A stretch of DNA of 64,000 bases, taken from positions 17,608,001 through 17,672,000 of the forward strand of contig NC_135829.1 in NCBI RefSeq assembly GCF_964213995.1. The letters are read 5' to 3'. Source of the stretch: Mustelus asterias (lineage: Eukaryota). The notes under the pieces are model-generated. The model was not told the origin of the DNA. It was given only the letters and a program-made list of their open reading frames with translations, and searched no databases. Made by a program: the position numbers and the translations under genes. Of this stretch, positions 1-13,017 are shown in pieces (the stretch's first letter is position 1; each line of letters opens with the position of its first letter).

Positions 1-84
1 AAGGAGCAGTGCTCCGAAAGCTTATGGTATTTGCTACCAAATAAACCTGTTGGACTTTAACCTGGTGTTGTGAGACTTCTTACT
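1..84 (+). mobile_element. Penelope-like element terminal repeat fragment, cut by window edge
   Basis: Same sequence as the right arm of the 2686-2872 element and 8497-8620; begins with hairpin ggagc-agt-gctcc followed by GAAA (hammerhead stem II-like). Confidence 0.6.
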
Positions 85-500
85 AAGATATCCGTCAGAG
101 AGTCGGTGCAGACTCGATGGGCCGAATGGCTTCCTTCAGCACTAGGGATTCTGATTCATTCTGTCGGAATTCTATGAAATCTGGACGGAAAGGGGTTTGA
201 GGATCAGATCCTGTGTGAGCAATTGAATGAAGCGGAAGCTGAACGGTTTGATGTTCTGTGCAGCAAGCAGCCACGAGAGGGAGTTAGCTGTCTCTGGTTA
301 GAGTCTGCGGTCGCTGTGTCCTCACATAACTTCTGTGTTTAATTTAACTAGTTTACCGAGAGGTGATTTCAACAGAAAATGACCGTTAACAGTGGAATTT
401 TCTATATTGTTATTTTGACACAGGCAGTTTTACTTGTATGTGTAAAAGTTTGTTAAACATTAGTACCGAAAGCCTCGTGTAAGGATGTAAATTAACTTGA

Positions 501-602
<102 letters not shown>

Positions 603-1192
603 TAAGATAATCCATTAGTTTTGAATGAGCTTTCCCTCTGAAATAGTCTTCTTATCACACTCGAGTTTCATTCACAGCAGTTCGAATTTCAGAATGTTTT
701 AATTGTTTGATGCCAAACTGCTCCTTGCAGCACATCACACCCACAGTGGAAACTGTTCTAGGATATCTCCCATCAGTAATCACAGCCCTGTCTCAGTCAA
801 AGCACCCGCAATCCTTCAGTCATCCTCTAGTGACGACTGATCGTTCTCGAGCTGCAGGTTGTTGGTGCTGGGATCCTGGTGCCTAATGTTGACAGGAAGT
901 AAACCCCTTAGCAAGTCCAGCATGAGGTCCATTGAGAGTAGAACCTCTTGCTACTCCACCACAGCAATATGCCTTAACATCAACTTCCCGAATGCCCACT
1001 GCAGAAGCATAACATTCACGGCCAACTTTGTCACCTTTTAAGTAAAGCTGCAGGTTCTTGGCCCCTGAGTGGATTTAGTACGTGGAGTCAGTGCCGTGAG
1101 GCCATGTACAATGCCCGCAGTGTACACAATCGACAGGATGCAAATCGCCACGGTTTTACCAGAACCTCCCAAACCCACGGTTTCCGACACCT

Positions 1193-1470
1193 GCGGGTGG
1201 CACAGTGGTTAGCACTGCTGCCTCACAGCGCCAGGATCCGGGTTCGATTCCTGGCTTGGGTCACTGGCTGTGCGGTGTGTGCGCGTTTTCCCTGTGTCTG
1301 CCTGAGTTTCCTCCCACGGTCTGAAAGACGTACTGGTTAGGTGAATTGGCCATGCTAAATTCTCCCTCAGTGTACCCGAACAGGCGCCGGAGTGTGGCGA
1401 CTAGGAGATTTTCACAGTAACTTCATTACAGTGTTAATGTAAGTCTACTTATGACACTAATAAAATAAAC
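1193..1470 (+). mobile_element. tRNA-derived V-SINE (HE1-like head), tail type B
   Basis: A box tggcacagtgg, B box gggttcgattc, V-domain core; tail ctcagtgtacccgaacagg...taataaa. Confidence 0.85.
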
Positions 1471-1940
1471 CTAGTAGGACAAGGGAAACATCTGCATGGA
1501 AACGGTGTCAGGTCCAAGTCCCAGACCATCTGACTCTGTATTCATTAATGGAATACAGGATTGGTTGGCACAGCCAGTATTTATTGATATTCTTGTACAG
1601 CATAGTAGCTTGCTGAGTCATTTCAGGGGGAAGTTAATCGTCCACATTGCTGTGGTTATGGAGTCACCCACAAACTAGTCAGGCAGGACACCCAGTTTCC
1701 TTCCCTAAAAAACAGTGGTGAGTCAGATGGGTTTTACCGATAATCTGGTAGTTTCATGGTCACCATCTTCGAGACGAGCTTTCATTTCAGATTTAATTAA
1801 CTGAATGTGAATTCCCCAGGCTGCCATGTTGGGATTTGAACTTGTGCCTCTGGATCATTAGTCCAGGCCTTTGGATTACTCGAGTAGTAACCTAACCACT
1901 ATGATACCCACCCAACCCCAAGCTTGGAAATACGTCCCCC

Positions 1941-2248
1941 GGTGGCACAGTGGTTAGCACTGCTGCCTCGCAGCGCCAGGAACCCCGGTTCAATTCCAGC
2001 CTCGGGTCACTGTGTGGAGTTTACATGTTCTCCCCGTGTCTGCGTGGGTTTCCTCCGGGTGCTCCGGTTTCCTCCCACAATCCAAAGATGTGCGGGTGAG
2101 GTTGATTGGCCATACTAACTTAACCCTAGTGTCAGGGGGAATAGCAGGATAAATATGAGGGGTTACGAGAATAGAGCGTGGGCGGGATTGTGGTCGGTGC
2201 AGACTCAGTGGGCCGAATGGCCTCCTGCACTTCAGAGATTCTATGATT
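1941..2248 (+). mobile_element. tRNA-derived V-SINE (HE1-like), CR1-type tail A
   Basis: Same head and core; tail gggccgaatggcctcc...attctatga shared with CR1 3' ends. Confidence 0.85.
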
Positions 2249-2685
2249 AATTTAGCATTGCGGTGTCAGAATGTTGGAAGTCCCTCCGGAACATTGTCGG
2301 ACCATGTTCATCACTCGAGCTGTACCGGTTCAAGAAGGTGGCTCACTGCTCGGGTGAATAGTGATGGGTCATAAACAAAGTCCACATCCCTAAGCATGAA
2401 TGAATAAAGAAGCTTCAGTTTAGTGTGCTGTGCATATTCTTCCTAGTGTGACCTGAAGTAGGTCCAGGGTCCTGGAGATGAGAATGCTCCAGCTTGGACT
2501 GTCTTTTTATAATTCTACATCCAGCATATAGACTTGACTTTCTCTTAAAGAATGAACTTCTCAATTCCACATTTAAAAACATTGTGGGAGTGTTAGCGTT
2601 TCTTTACACCCACTTAAACTAAATAATGAAGAGTAAAAATCCCCCTGCAAGTGTCCAGATTGCAGTCATGGTTTCCTTTTATATT

Positions 2686-2990
<305 letters not shown>

Positions 2991-3563
2991 TAAAGTATGT
3001 TTCAAAACAAATGTGTGAATGATAATGTGACCATCAAACTTAAGATTGCAGGACATCTCCATGGTAACATGAATCGCACGGGCCTTATATCCAGGTAGAA
3101 ATCCTGATTAAATACATTTAAGCCCCCAAATCCTTTTTCATCTTGAAATTAAAGACTACTTAAGATGTAACCGTTTACAAAACCTGACATTCCTGACTCT
3201 CCCTTGTGACACTTGTAGACTTGCGCTCTCTCCATAACTTCCCAGGTCATTGTTTGTAGCTGTGAATATTTTACACATTCTCCTCAGTAAGACAATCTGA
3301 ACCACCAGTTGCAGGCTGCCGTGTTACTCCGATGAACTTAAATCAACTATCTGTCACTGTTCTGCCTTTAGCAGAAAGAGGGGTGGTAGGGGACTGTTCC
3401 CTGGTGCATCCTCCAAGGCAACTCCTCGACTAATCAGAGTCAACTTGCATTTACAATTTGAAACAAGTTTGTGGGATAACCTCTCTGGTTCATTCTCCAT
3501 GGCAACTCCACAGCCAACTCCTTCTCATGCAGTATAAATTGTTGAAATTTGGTATTCTTGCAG

Positions 3564-3599
3564 CTGTTCTGATGAGTGTAAGGTGAAAAGCTTCAACAG
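3564..3599 (+). ncRNA. Degenerate minimal type I hammerhead ribozyme motif (repeat-derived)
   Basis: CUGUU-CUGAUGA-GUGUAAGGU-GAAA-AGCU-UC-AACAG; stem I CUGUU/AACAG, palindromic AAGCUU stem III; stem II eroded. Confidence 0.5.
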
Positions 3600-4309
3600 T
3601 ATGTCCCTTTTTCAGCAATACGCAAGTGACTTATTTGTGAATAATTCTGTTTGGCCTGTTGCAAAAACATCTGGCCTGACCAGTACAAATTATCCATTGA
3701 AACGTTGTGGCGACACAGTGGGAATATTGAGCAGAATGTAATTCTATCCCTGGAATCGGACTGGGAGGCAAGATGGGGAGCATAGAATCTGGAGAGAAGG
3801 CAGGAGGTGGACAACCGTATTCCCTCTAAGCTGTGTGCCTGCACAATTGTCCATGAAGCACCGCACGTTCATTGTTATAGTTGGGCAGATCCTGATGATT
3901 AAATGATGTTTACTGCCACCCTAGCCCACCAGCAAAGATCTGGTAAACTCCCCCAAGACAGGAAATTAATGAACAAGAACCAAGCCTGACGTGATCAATC
4001 AGTTAGAAAAAGCAGCCACAATTCCAGTTCCTGGGGCCCCACGCTATCCCAGCACTTGCCTTTCCTGCGGCCCACTAGAAACCTCTCTCACTGCTTCCTC
4101 CCTTGTTCACGGAGAGGGCTTGGGAGAGGGAAGTGTACAAGCAGGAAGAGGATGCGGTGCGGAGGAGAGTCCAGGGGGGAAGTGGTGAGTCGGGTAGCAC
4201 GTTGTAAGAGTTAGTAAGAAAATTCTTGGACCAGTGAATACAACTGATGTAGACATTCTGCTATAGCTGATTTTGTAGAATTATTAAAGGAAGATTGATC
4301 CCAAAGATA

Positions 4310-4725
4310 TAAGAACATAAGAAATAGAAGCAGGAGTAGGCCATCTAGCCCCTCGAGCCTGCCCCGTCATTCAATAAGATCATGGCTGATCTGAAGTCAA
4401 TCAGTTCCACTTACCCGCCTGCTCCCCATAACCCCTAATTCCCTTACCGATCAGGAATCCATCTATCCGTGATTTAAACATATTCAACGAGGTAGCCTCC
4501 ACCACTTCAGTGGGCAGAGAATTCCAGAGATTCATCACCCTCTGAGAGAAGAAATTCCTCCTCAACTCTGTCCTAAACTGACCCCCCTTCATTTTGAGGC
4601 TGTGCCCTCTAGTTCTGGTTTCCTTTCTAAGTGGAAAGAATCTCTCCACTTCTACCCTATCCAGCCCCTTCATTATCTTATATGTCTCTATAAGATCACC
4701 CCTCAGCCTTCTAAACTCCAACGAG
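4310..4725 (-). mobile_element. CR1 LINE 3' fragment
   Basis: ORF 4401-4739 YSLEFRRLRGDLIETYKIM...RNFFSQRV..LWNSLP, the CR1 ORF2 C-terminus, plus 3' UTR. Confidence 0.9.
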
Positions 4726-4823
4726 TACATATTCGACACAAGGGTATCTCTAAGGGGTTTCTGAAAAGTTTTGGATTACTCGCCCAATCTCCAAATAATA
4801 AATACAAAACTTCTTATGAGGTT

Positions 4824-5142
4824 CATAGAATCATAGAATCCCTACAGTGCAGAAGGAGGCCATTCAGCCCATCGAGTCTGCACCGACCACAATCTGACCC
4901 AGGTCCAATTGCCGTAACCCCACATATTTACCCTGCTAACCCCCTGACACTAGGGTCAATTTAGCATGGCCAATCAACCTAACCCGCACATTTTTGGACT
5001 GCGGGAGGAAACCGGAGCACCCGGAGGAAACGCATGCAGACACGGGGAGAATGTGCAAACTCCACACAGACAGTGACCCGAGGCCAGAATTGAACCCAGG
5101 TCCCCGGTGCTGTGAGGCAGCAGTGCTAACCACTGTGCCACC
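4824..5142 (-). mobile_element. V-SINE, tail A
   Basis: Reverse complement of SINE consensus with catagaat tail. Confidence 0.85.
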
Positions 5143-5214
5143 ATATCTCGTAAGACAAATTAAATCATGAACACTTCCAAATACTGCATCTCCCCAGTTC
5201 ACATCTGGATGCAT

Positions 5215-5797
5215 TAGAACATAGAAAAGCTACAGCACAAACAGGCCCTTCGGCCCACAAGTTGCGCCGAACATGTCCCTACCTACGAGGGTTACCTATA
5301 ACCCTCTATCTTACTAACTTCCATGAACTTATCCAAAAGTCTCTTAAAAGACCCTATCGAATCCTCCTCCACCACCACTACCGGCAGCCGATTCCACACA
5401 CCCACCACCCTCTGAGTGAAAAACTTACCCCTAACATCTCCTCTGTACCTATTCCCCAGCACCCTAAACCTGTGACCTCTTGTGACGACCATTCCAGCCC
5501 TGGGTAAAAGCCTCTGAGAATCCACTCTATCAATACCTCTCAACATCTTATACACCTCTATCAGGTCACCCCTCATCCTTCGCCTCTCCAAGGAGAAAAG
5601 ACCTAGCTCTCTCAACCTATCCTCATAAGACATGCCACCTAATCCAGGCAACATCCTTGAAAATCTCCTCTGCACCCTTTCTATGGCTTCCACATCCTTT
5701 CTGTAATGAGGCGACCAGAACTGGGCACAGTACTCCAAGTGGGGTCTGACCAGGGTCCTATACAGCTGCAGCATTATCTCCCAATTTCTAAACTGCA
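5215..5797 (-). mobile_element. CR1 LINE 3' fragment
   Basis: ORF 5292-5810 LYRTLVRPHLEYCAQFWSP...RGDLIEVYK, the CR1 ORF2 C-terminus. Confidence 0.9.
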
Positions 5798-6349
5798 TTG
5801 TGAGACACAATTACTTTAATAATGGTTAATTGGTTTATTATTTCACAGTTCATAAATATATACTTCATTAATTCAGAAGAAAACTGGAGCTGGAATAAAT
5901 TCACTCAGATTCCACAAAAACAATTTCAACAGTCATTCATTCTCCCTCCTGGATTCTCTCTTCACCAGTTCCCCCTTGCAGTTTCCCCCTTCGATATTCA
6001 CTGAATTTATTGGGACACTTTTCTCTCTGACCTTCACCCTCCAGTTCGCAAGAGCCAACTTCTCTCCAAATTCACAGTGAAACTTTCCCACTGCCTGATT
6101 CTGTTTGTTGATGTGATGAAATGACTCAGCTGCTTTCCTTCTTATTCACGGCAGTTTCAAGTAAAGAAAACACTCGACGAGCTGGGAAAAAAATAAAAGT
6201 CGCCTTTTCCACATTTTCTACCAATTTAAAAGGCCAACCTCCTGAGCTCTTTCTATTTTTAACTTATCGAATTGAATCTTGTGTTGTCCTGAGTCCTCAC
6301 TGCCGTTCACTGATGAAAATGCTAGCTACAATATGAAAGTAACAGGACC

Positions 6350-6512
6350 TACCTCGCACTAAGTTGATCTTTCTCTACACCCTAGCCATAACTGTAACAC
6401 TACATTCTTCATTCTCTCCTTTCCTTCTCTGTGAACGGTATGCTTTGTCTGTATAGAAACAATACTTTTCACTGTATCCCAGTACATGTGACAATAATAA
6501 ATCAAATCAAAT
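6350..6512 (+). mobile_element. Rex1/Babar-like LINE 3' end (related copies ~18155-18305 -, ~19135-19228 +, ~26240-26461 +)
   Basis: Shared 3' UTR ending aataataaa(tcaaa)n; the 26240 copy carries a remnant resembling LKNSFFPAAVRLLN. Confidence 0.6.
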
Positions 6513-6700
6513 ACAGATGTTTGTCGGTGTATGGTGGTGTACTGGTTATGGTCCTGAACTTAAAACCATGAGTTCAAATGCCACCGTGGTAAATTTAAAA
6601 CTGAATTCATTTAATTCTGGTGATCCGTGGAGTAGCCTGTTACAGTGTCAATGGCTGGGGTGGTATTCTTTATTATTCTTCCATACCTGTGTAGCTTTGG

Positions 6701-7048
6701 CATAGAGTCCCTATAGTGCAGAAGAGGCTATTTGGCCCATCGAATCTGCGGCGACTCTCTGATAGAGCATCTTCCGAGGCCCTATCCCCGTAACCCCACA
6801 CATTTCCCATGGCCAATCCCTCTAACCTATACATCTTGGGAAACTTAAGGGGCAGTTTATCATGGCCAATCCACCTAACCGCCACATCTTGGGACTGTGG
6901 GAGGAAACCGGAGCACCCGGAGGAAACCCATGCAGACACGGGGAGAACGTGCAAACTCCACACAGACAGTGACCCAAGCTGGGAATTGAACCCAGGTCTC
7001 TGGTGCTGTGAGGCAGCAGTGCTAACACACTGTGCCACCGTGCTGCCC
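6701..7048 (-). mobile_element. V-SINE
   Basis: Reverse complement SINE head and core. Confidence 0.85.
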
Positions 7049-7565
7049 CTTTTTTTTTGTTTCTGTTGGTGGCACATATCTGCACGTGATCTGGATAACA
7101 AAGCTCATTCCACATGTGGATGGAATAAACTAAAGGAAACATTGAGGAGCCTGTCACCTTCCTGACTTTCCCCCATGCCCCAGTTATGCCGAGGGTTAGA
7201 GAGGTCAGGGACAACTTTCCTGCCCAGAGGCCTAGTGAGGCCTTAAGTGGTCAATTAAGAGTTACTTAAGGGCCTCATCCTTCTTGCTGTTATGAGGCCT
7301 GTACACCATGTGGGGAGACCAGCAATACCCTGTGGGCTCAGGGTGGGGGGTGCTACCTATTCAAGCAGTCCCACAGAGGGCCATCCCTGTCAAAAGACTC
7401 CTCCCTTCTCCTTCCGCCCATCATAGAGTCCACCCATCTCCCCCTCCCCTGCCTCTAATTGCCCAGCAGCTCTTGGAGACAGGCTCTTTGGATTTAAAGG
7501 CTCCAGGAGCCTATTTAATCCCATTGGAGCTCCAGTGAGTTTGGAACCTTACTCCCAACTCGTTC

Positions 7566-7910
7566 TCATTTTTTAAATTCATTTGTGAGACATGGGCGTC
7601 GCTGGCTGGGCCAGCATTTATTGCCCATCCCTGGTTGCCCGAGGACAGTTGAGAGTCAACCACATTGCTGTGGCTCTGGAGTCACATGTAGGCCAGACCA
7701 GGTCAGGACGGCAGATTTCCTTCCCTAAAGGACGTTGTTTTTCTGACAATCGACAGTTTCATGGTCATCAGTAAATTCTTAATTCCAGACATTTTTAAAA
7801 TTGATTTCAAATTCCACCACCTGGCGTGACCGGACTCGAACCCGGTTCCCCAGAACATTAGCTGAGTTTCTGGACTAATAGTCTAGCGATAATACCACTA
7901 GGCCATCACC
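7566..7910 (-). mobile_element. Second tRNA-derived SINE family (older copies ~1560-1910, ~23280-23400, ~24450-24730)
   Basis: Minus-strand A box tggcctagtgg and B box gggttcgagtcc; body recurs in diverged form elsewhere in the window. Confidence 0.65.
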
Positions 7911-8086
7911 TTCTCCTTGCTGTGTGAAAGATGATTATCATGTTTGTCTACCTAATCGCTGTGCTTCAGGATAATTTGCTGTACGCGAAGCCTTTTGAGA
8001 CCTGCGATAGATTGTTCACTGTTGAAGGTTTTTAATATATACACTCTTCATACTTTCTATTAACCTCCTCTTGACATCTCTGACAG

Positions 8087-8217
8087 GAAAGCGTCCTTTT
8101 GGTGTTTCACTGCTCTATATGGGGTGGGATAAACACTATGGCTATCAGCTTTATCAGAGTGACCCCAGCGGAAACTACGGAGGTTGGAAAGCCACCTGCA
8201 TCGGGAATAACAGTGCT
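8087..8217 (+). CDS. PSMA4: PSMA4 internal exon (131 nt)
   Basis: tctgacag| ... |gtaagt; encodes [44 protein letters not shown]. Confidence 0.98.
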
Positions 8218-8496
8218 GTAAGTACCTTAACTATAGAGCTACCCTGACGCTGTACAGAGAGATGTAACTGCTGTATTAGCATGTTGGTTTGATCTTTTAC
8301 TGAGGTATGAAAGCCTACTATTTCTAATTCAAAGCATGGAAGAGTTGATGGAGTATTTGATGAATGGCAGGACACTAGGAAGCTCAAAGGAGCAGAGGAA
8401 TCTTGGGGTGCTTGTCCACAGATCCCTGAAGGCAGCAGGGCAGTTTAATAGGATAGTTAAGACATACGGGGCACTTGCCTTTATCAATTCTGGCAA

Positions 8497-8620
8497 CGAA
8501 GGAGCAGCGCTCCGAAAGCTAATGGTATTTGCTACCAAATAAACCTGTTGGACTTTAACCTGGCGTTGTTAAAACTCTTACTGTGTTTACCCCAGTCCAA
8601 CGCCGGGATCTCCACATCAT
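8497..8620 (+). mobile_element. Penelope-like terminal repeat fragment inside an old CR1 remnant
   Basis: acgaaggagcagcgctccgaaagct...ccccagtccaacgccgggatctccacatca; same family as 2686-2872. Confidence 0.6.
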
Positions 8621-8809
8621 CGATTATAAGAGCAGTGAGGTTATGTTGGAACTGTACAGGGGCATTGGTTACCTGGAGTACGGTGTGCAGTTCTGGTCAC
8701 CTCATTATCGGACGTGATGCACCCTCCAGTGCAGAGGAGATTCTGTCTAATGTTGTCTGGGTTGGAGCATTTGAGCTATGCAGTGGTGGTGAATAAGCTT
8801 GGGTCGTAG

Positions 8810-9190
8810 AGTAATAGAGATTTACAGCATGGAAACAGGCCCTTCGGCCCAGCTTGTCCGTGCCGCCCAGTTTTTACCATTAAGCTAGTCCCAATTGCCC
8901 GCATTTGGCCCATATCCCTCGATATCAATCTTACCCATGTAACTGTCTGAATGCTTTTTAAAAGACAAAATTATACCCGCCTCAACTGCTGCCTCTGGCA
9001 GCTCGTTCCAGACACTCACCACCCTCTGTGTGAAAAAATTGCCCCCCTAGACCCTTATCTCTCCCATCTCACCTTAAACCTATGCCCTCTAGTTTTCGAC
9101 TCCCCTACCTTTGGGAAAATATATTGACTATCTAGCTGATCTATTCCCCTCATTATTCTATAGACCTCTATAAGATCACCCCTAAGCCTC
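8810..9190 (-). mobile_element. CR1 LINE 3' end
   Basis: Nearly the same sequence as 19257-19635. Confidence 0.8.
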
Positions 9191-9574
9191 GTGCATTTTC
9201 AATGTTTGGTTCTTTTTGTTTGGTTAAGCCAATGCAACAATACAGAAAAGCAATAAAAGATCCCTCTGCGGTTCCCCTATTCAGTAAAAGACGTATTCCA
9301 GACCAACCCCTCCCTACCCTGTCATATTGATAACTCCTGGGGTGAATAAAAGAAATCCTAGCCAGATTCAGGAGAAACTCTGCAGAGATTCATTTTCCAA
9401 TTCCCTCAGGCAGCCAGGTTACTCATCGTTGCTTCATTGATGAGCTTGAGTTTAATGGTCATACCTGTAATATCCCCGTGTGCCTTAGCAGTCCATTTCA
9501 AACTCAATCCTACACCGGGACTCACTGCTTGCATTCACTCGTTGCTCCTTTCATTGCTGACCCAGTATTAGTGT

Positions 9575-9880
9575 GGACGGCACGGTGGCACTGTGGTTAG
9601 CACTGCTGCCTCACAGCGCCAGGGACCCGGGTTCGATTCCCGGCTTGGGTCACTGTCTGCGTGGAGTCTGCACGTTCTCCCCGTGTCTGCGTGGGTTTCC
9701 TCCGGTTCCCCCGTTTCCCCTCTCACTCCGAAGATGTGCAGGTTAGGTGGATTGGCCATGGTAAATGCGCAGGGTTACAGGGATAGGGCGGGAGGGGTAG
9801 GCCGAGGTATGATGCTCTTTCGGAGAGTTGGTGCAGACTCAGTGCCCTCTTTCTGCACTGTGCGGATCCTATGGTTCTGT
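9575..9880 (+). mobile_element. V-SINE, tail A
   Basis: SINE head and core. Confidence 0.85.
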
Positions 9881-10671
9881 GACCCTGTCCTCCAGTACCT
9901 CCAGTTTAAAATGCTCATCCTTCTGTTTGAAATTGCTGTATTTAATACTCCTGATACCTATAAACTTCTTCAGCCTTAGAACTCTTTCAGAACACAGTGC
10001 ACCCATCTCGCTCTCCACACTTTGTTATTAGTGAGTGTGCCTTCAGCTGCTTTGAGATTTTCTCCCTGAATCCCAGCTCCTTCAATCCCTCTGATATAAC
10101 CATTGGCCAGTTCATTTAATTTTTGTCATTACTGCCTTGTCACTTGTTTTTGCCTGATTAGCATTGCTGCAGTGCACACTGGGATGTTTCTCTCTGTCAA
10201 TAGGTGCTCGGTCAATGCAAGTTACAGTCATCTACTTGGCCTCAGTGCCCTGGGGGCCAGTTAAGTTTACGACTAGCGGTAACCACCCAGTGGCCACCGC
10301 TGGGAAGCCCCATCTCTGGGTGGTTACAACTTTGAGCTGTGCCGCTGCTCCGTAAGCAGAAGCTGATTGTCCGAGCTCCTGTACTTGTGGAAACCTGAGA
10401 TGTCCCAGAAGCAGTGAAGGTGTCAATCTGCTTCAGTCACCATCATAGTTAACCGGGGAAGGAATATTTTTCAAATGGGAGTGATCAAGAGTTAAGCATG
10501 AAGAATTATGATAAAATTATCAGCAACAGCATTTGGTATGTAAGCTCCTTTTAATGTATTAAAATATCCCATCTAACTTCACAAGAATAGAGTTGAAAGG
10601 GTGAATCTTCCCTATAAAGCAACTCTTTCAGACATTGTCCCCCGGTTCATCTACAAGTCCCGGCCTCGGTG

Positions 10672-11370
10672 CGTCAGCCACAGCTCAGTGTGTAGCCCAC
10701 TCCCCTCGGACGTCGGTTGATTGTGGGTTCAAGTTGCACGTCAGAGACTGAGCACAAAGTCTAGGCTGACTCTAGTACCGAGGGAGTGCTGCACTGCTTG
10801 AGGTACAGCCTCTCACATGAAACAGAGGGGCCTCATCTGCTTCCTTGGGTGAATGTCAAAGATTTCCATGTCTCTATAGAAAAGCACATCTGTTATCCTG
10901 TGTTCTGCTCGATATAGTCACATCGCAAGAAAACAGATTATCTGGTTATTATCACAGTGTCTGTGGGAGCTTGCTGTGTGTAAATTGGCTGCTGTGTTTT
11001 TTTAAATTAGTGCTTACATTAACACTGCAATGAAGTTACTGTGAAAATCCCCTAGTCGCCACACTCCGGCGCCTGTTCGGGTAGACTGAGGGAGAATGTA
11101 GCATGGCCAATGCACCTAACCAGCACATCTTTTGGACTGTGGGAGAAAACCGGAGCACCTGGAGGAAACCCACTCAGACACGGGGAGAACGTGTAAACCC
11201 CACACAGACAGTGACCCAAGCCGGGAATCGAACCCAGGTCCCTGGCGCTGTGAGGCAGCAGTGCTAACCACTGTGCCACCCATGCCGTGTTTCCTACGTG
11301 ACAACAATGACTATAGTTCAAAAATAGTGAATTGTCTGGTGGTTGTGAAGGGTGCTATTTAAATGCAACA
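10672..11370 (+). mobile_element. Ancient Deu-domain SINE (SacSINE1-like) interrupted by a V-SINE
   Basis: Deu-like core gggagcttgctgtgtgtaaattggctgc; resumes at ~11283 after a minus-strand V-SINE; related fragment ~13020-13140. Confidence 0.6.
11008..11283 (-). mobile_element. V-SINE, tail B
   Basis: Reverse complement of the 1193-1470 type. Confidence 0.85.
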
Positions 11371-11437
11371 TTTGTTTTTCCATTGGGTAGCTTGGAACCT
11401 TTACTTTGCTCTGGGGTGATCAATTGTAAACACACCA

Positions 11438-11731
11438 TGGGTGGCACAGTGGTTAGCACTGCTGCCTCACAGCACCAGGCATCCAGGGTTCGATTCCCAG
11501 CTTGGGTCACTGTCTGTGCGGAGTCTGCATGTTCTCTCTGTATCTGCGTGGGTTTCCTCCGGGTGCTTCGATTTCTTCCCACAGTCTGAAAGACGTGCTG
11601 GCTAGGTGGATTGGCCATGCTAAATTCTCCCTCAATGTACCCGAACAGGTGCCATAATGTGGCGACTAGGGGATTTTCACAGTAACTTCATTGCAATGTG
11701 ATGTAAGCCGAATTGTGACACTAATAAATAA
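11438..11731 (+). mobile_element. V-SINE, tail B
   Basis: SINE consensus ending ctaataaata. Confidence 0.85.
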
Positions 11732-11809
11732 AATTATTTTACACTAGTTAAAAGGTTTAAGCCGTTGAATGATGAGGTTTTCAATAATTGAGTTTCTTTG
11801 TTGTTGTGA

Positions 11810-11980
<171 letters not shown>

Positions 11981-12027
11981 TAGTTTTAGCTTGCAAGTTA
12001 TAATTTAACGGTCATATTCACAAATAT

Positions 12028-12377
12028 TATAGAAATCATAGAAGCCCTACAGTACAGAAAGAGGCCATTCGGCCCATCGAGTCTGCACCGACCACAATCC
12101 CACCCAGGCCCTACCCCCATATTCCTACATATTTTACCCACTAATCCCTCTAACCTACGCATCTCAGGACACTAAGGGGCAATTTTAGCATGGCCAATCA
12201 ACCTAACCCGCACATCTTTGGACTGTGGGAGGAAACCGGAGCACCCGGAGGAAACCCACGCAGACACGAGGAGAATGTGCAAACTCCACACAGACAGTGA
12301 CCCAAGCCGGGAATGGAACCCAGGTCCCTGGAGCTGTGAAGCAGCAGTGCTAACCCACTGTGCTACCGTGCCGCCCG
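12028..12377 (-). mobile_element. V-SINE, tail A
   Basis: Full-length reverse copy. Confidence 0.85.
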
Positions 12378-12674
12378 TATCATCAATGATCGTATTTAAT
12401 TGCTCAATATCAAAGCCTCATTATATCCCTCGTTTGCGTTTTCAGAGATTAAAACATTTAATATACAAATAATTATACTGAAGTCTTGAGATATTTTCAG
12501 GGGAAACGGAAACACAACTTTATTCAGTGATATCTGCAGCCGGAAAGTGAGATTGGTTTTATAAATCCTATTCTAATCTCTGCTATTACCCTCCCTGCAG
12601 CGTGGTTAACAACTGAGTAGTTCGTGGGTTCAGTTCCTGTTGGTGTTTAGGCTGACTGTAGTGCTGAGAGAAGA

Positions 12675-13017
12675 AAGCAAATTAGTGCAGATGCTGGAAT
12701 CTGAAACAAAAACAGAAAATTCTGAAAAATCCCAGCAGGTCTGACAGCATCTGTGGGAAGAGAATAAAGCCAACGTCTCGAGTCTAGATGGCCCTTCATC
12801 AGTGCGTTACTGAATGTATTCACTACTGAGCTAGAGAGATGTTTGATAGACAAAAGAGTCCCCCGTGCTCTCTGGGGAAGAGAATTCCCAACAATTAAGG
12901 ACTCACTGAGAGAAGATATTTCTGACCCGCTCTGATGAAGGGTCATCCAGACTCGAAACGTTGGCTGTATTCTCTCCCCGCAGATGCTGTCAGACCTGTT
13001 GAGATTTTCTGTTTTGG
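12675..13017. repeat. Inverted pair of Penelope-like terminal repeats with hammerhead-like cores
   Basis: 12932 ctgatgaagggtcatccagactcgaaacg... is the reverse complement of ~12720-12802; spacer ~130 bp. Confidence 0.6.

Noticed and set aside
1193-1270. tRNA genes at SINE heads
   Set aside because: A and B boxes run directly into the SINE core; there is no complete cloverleaf.
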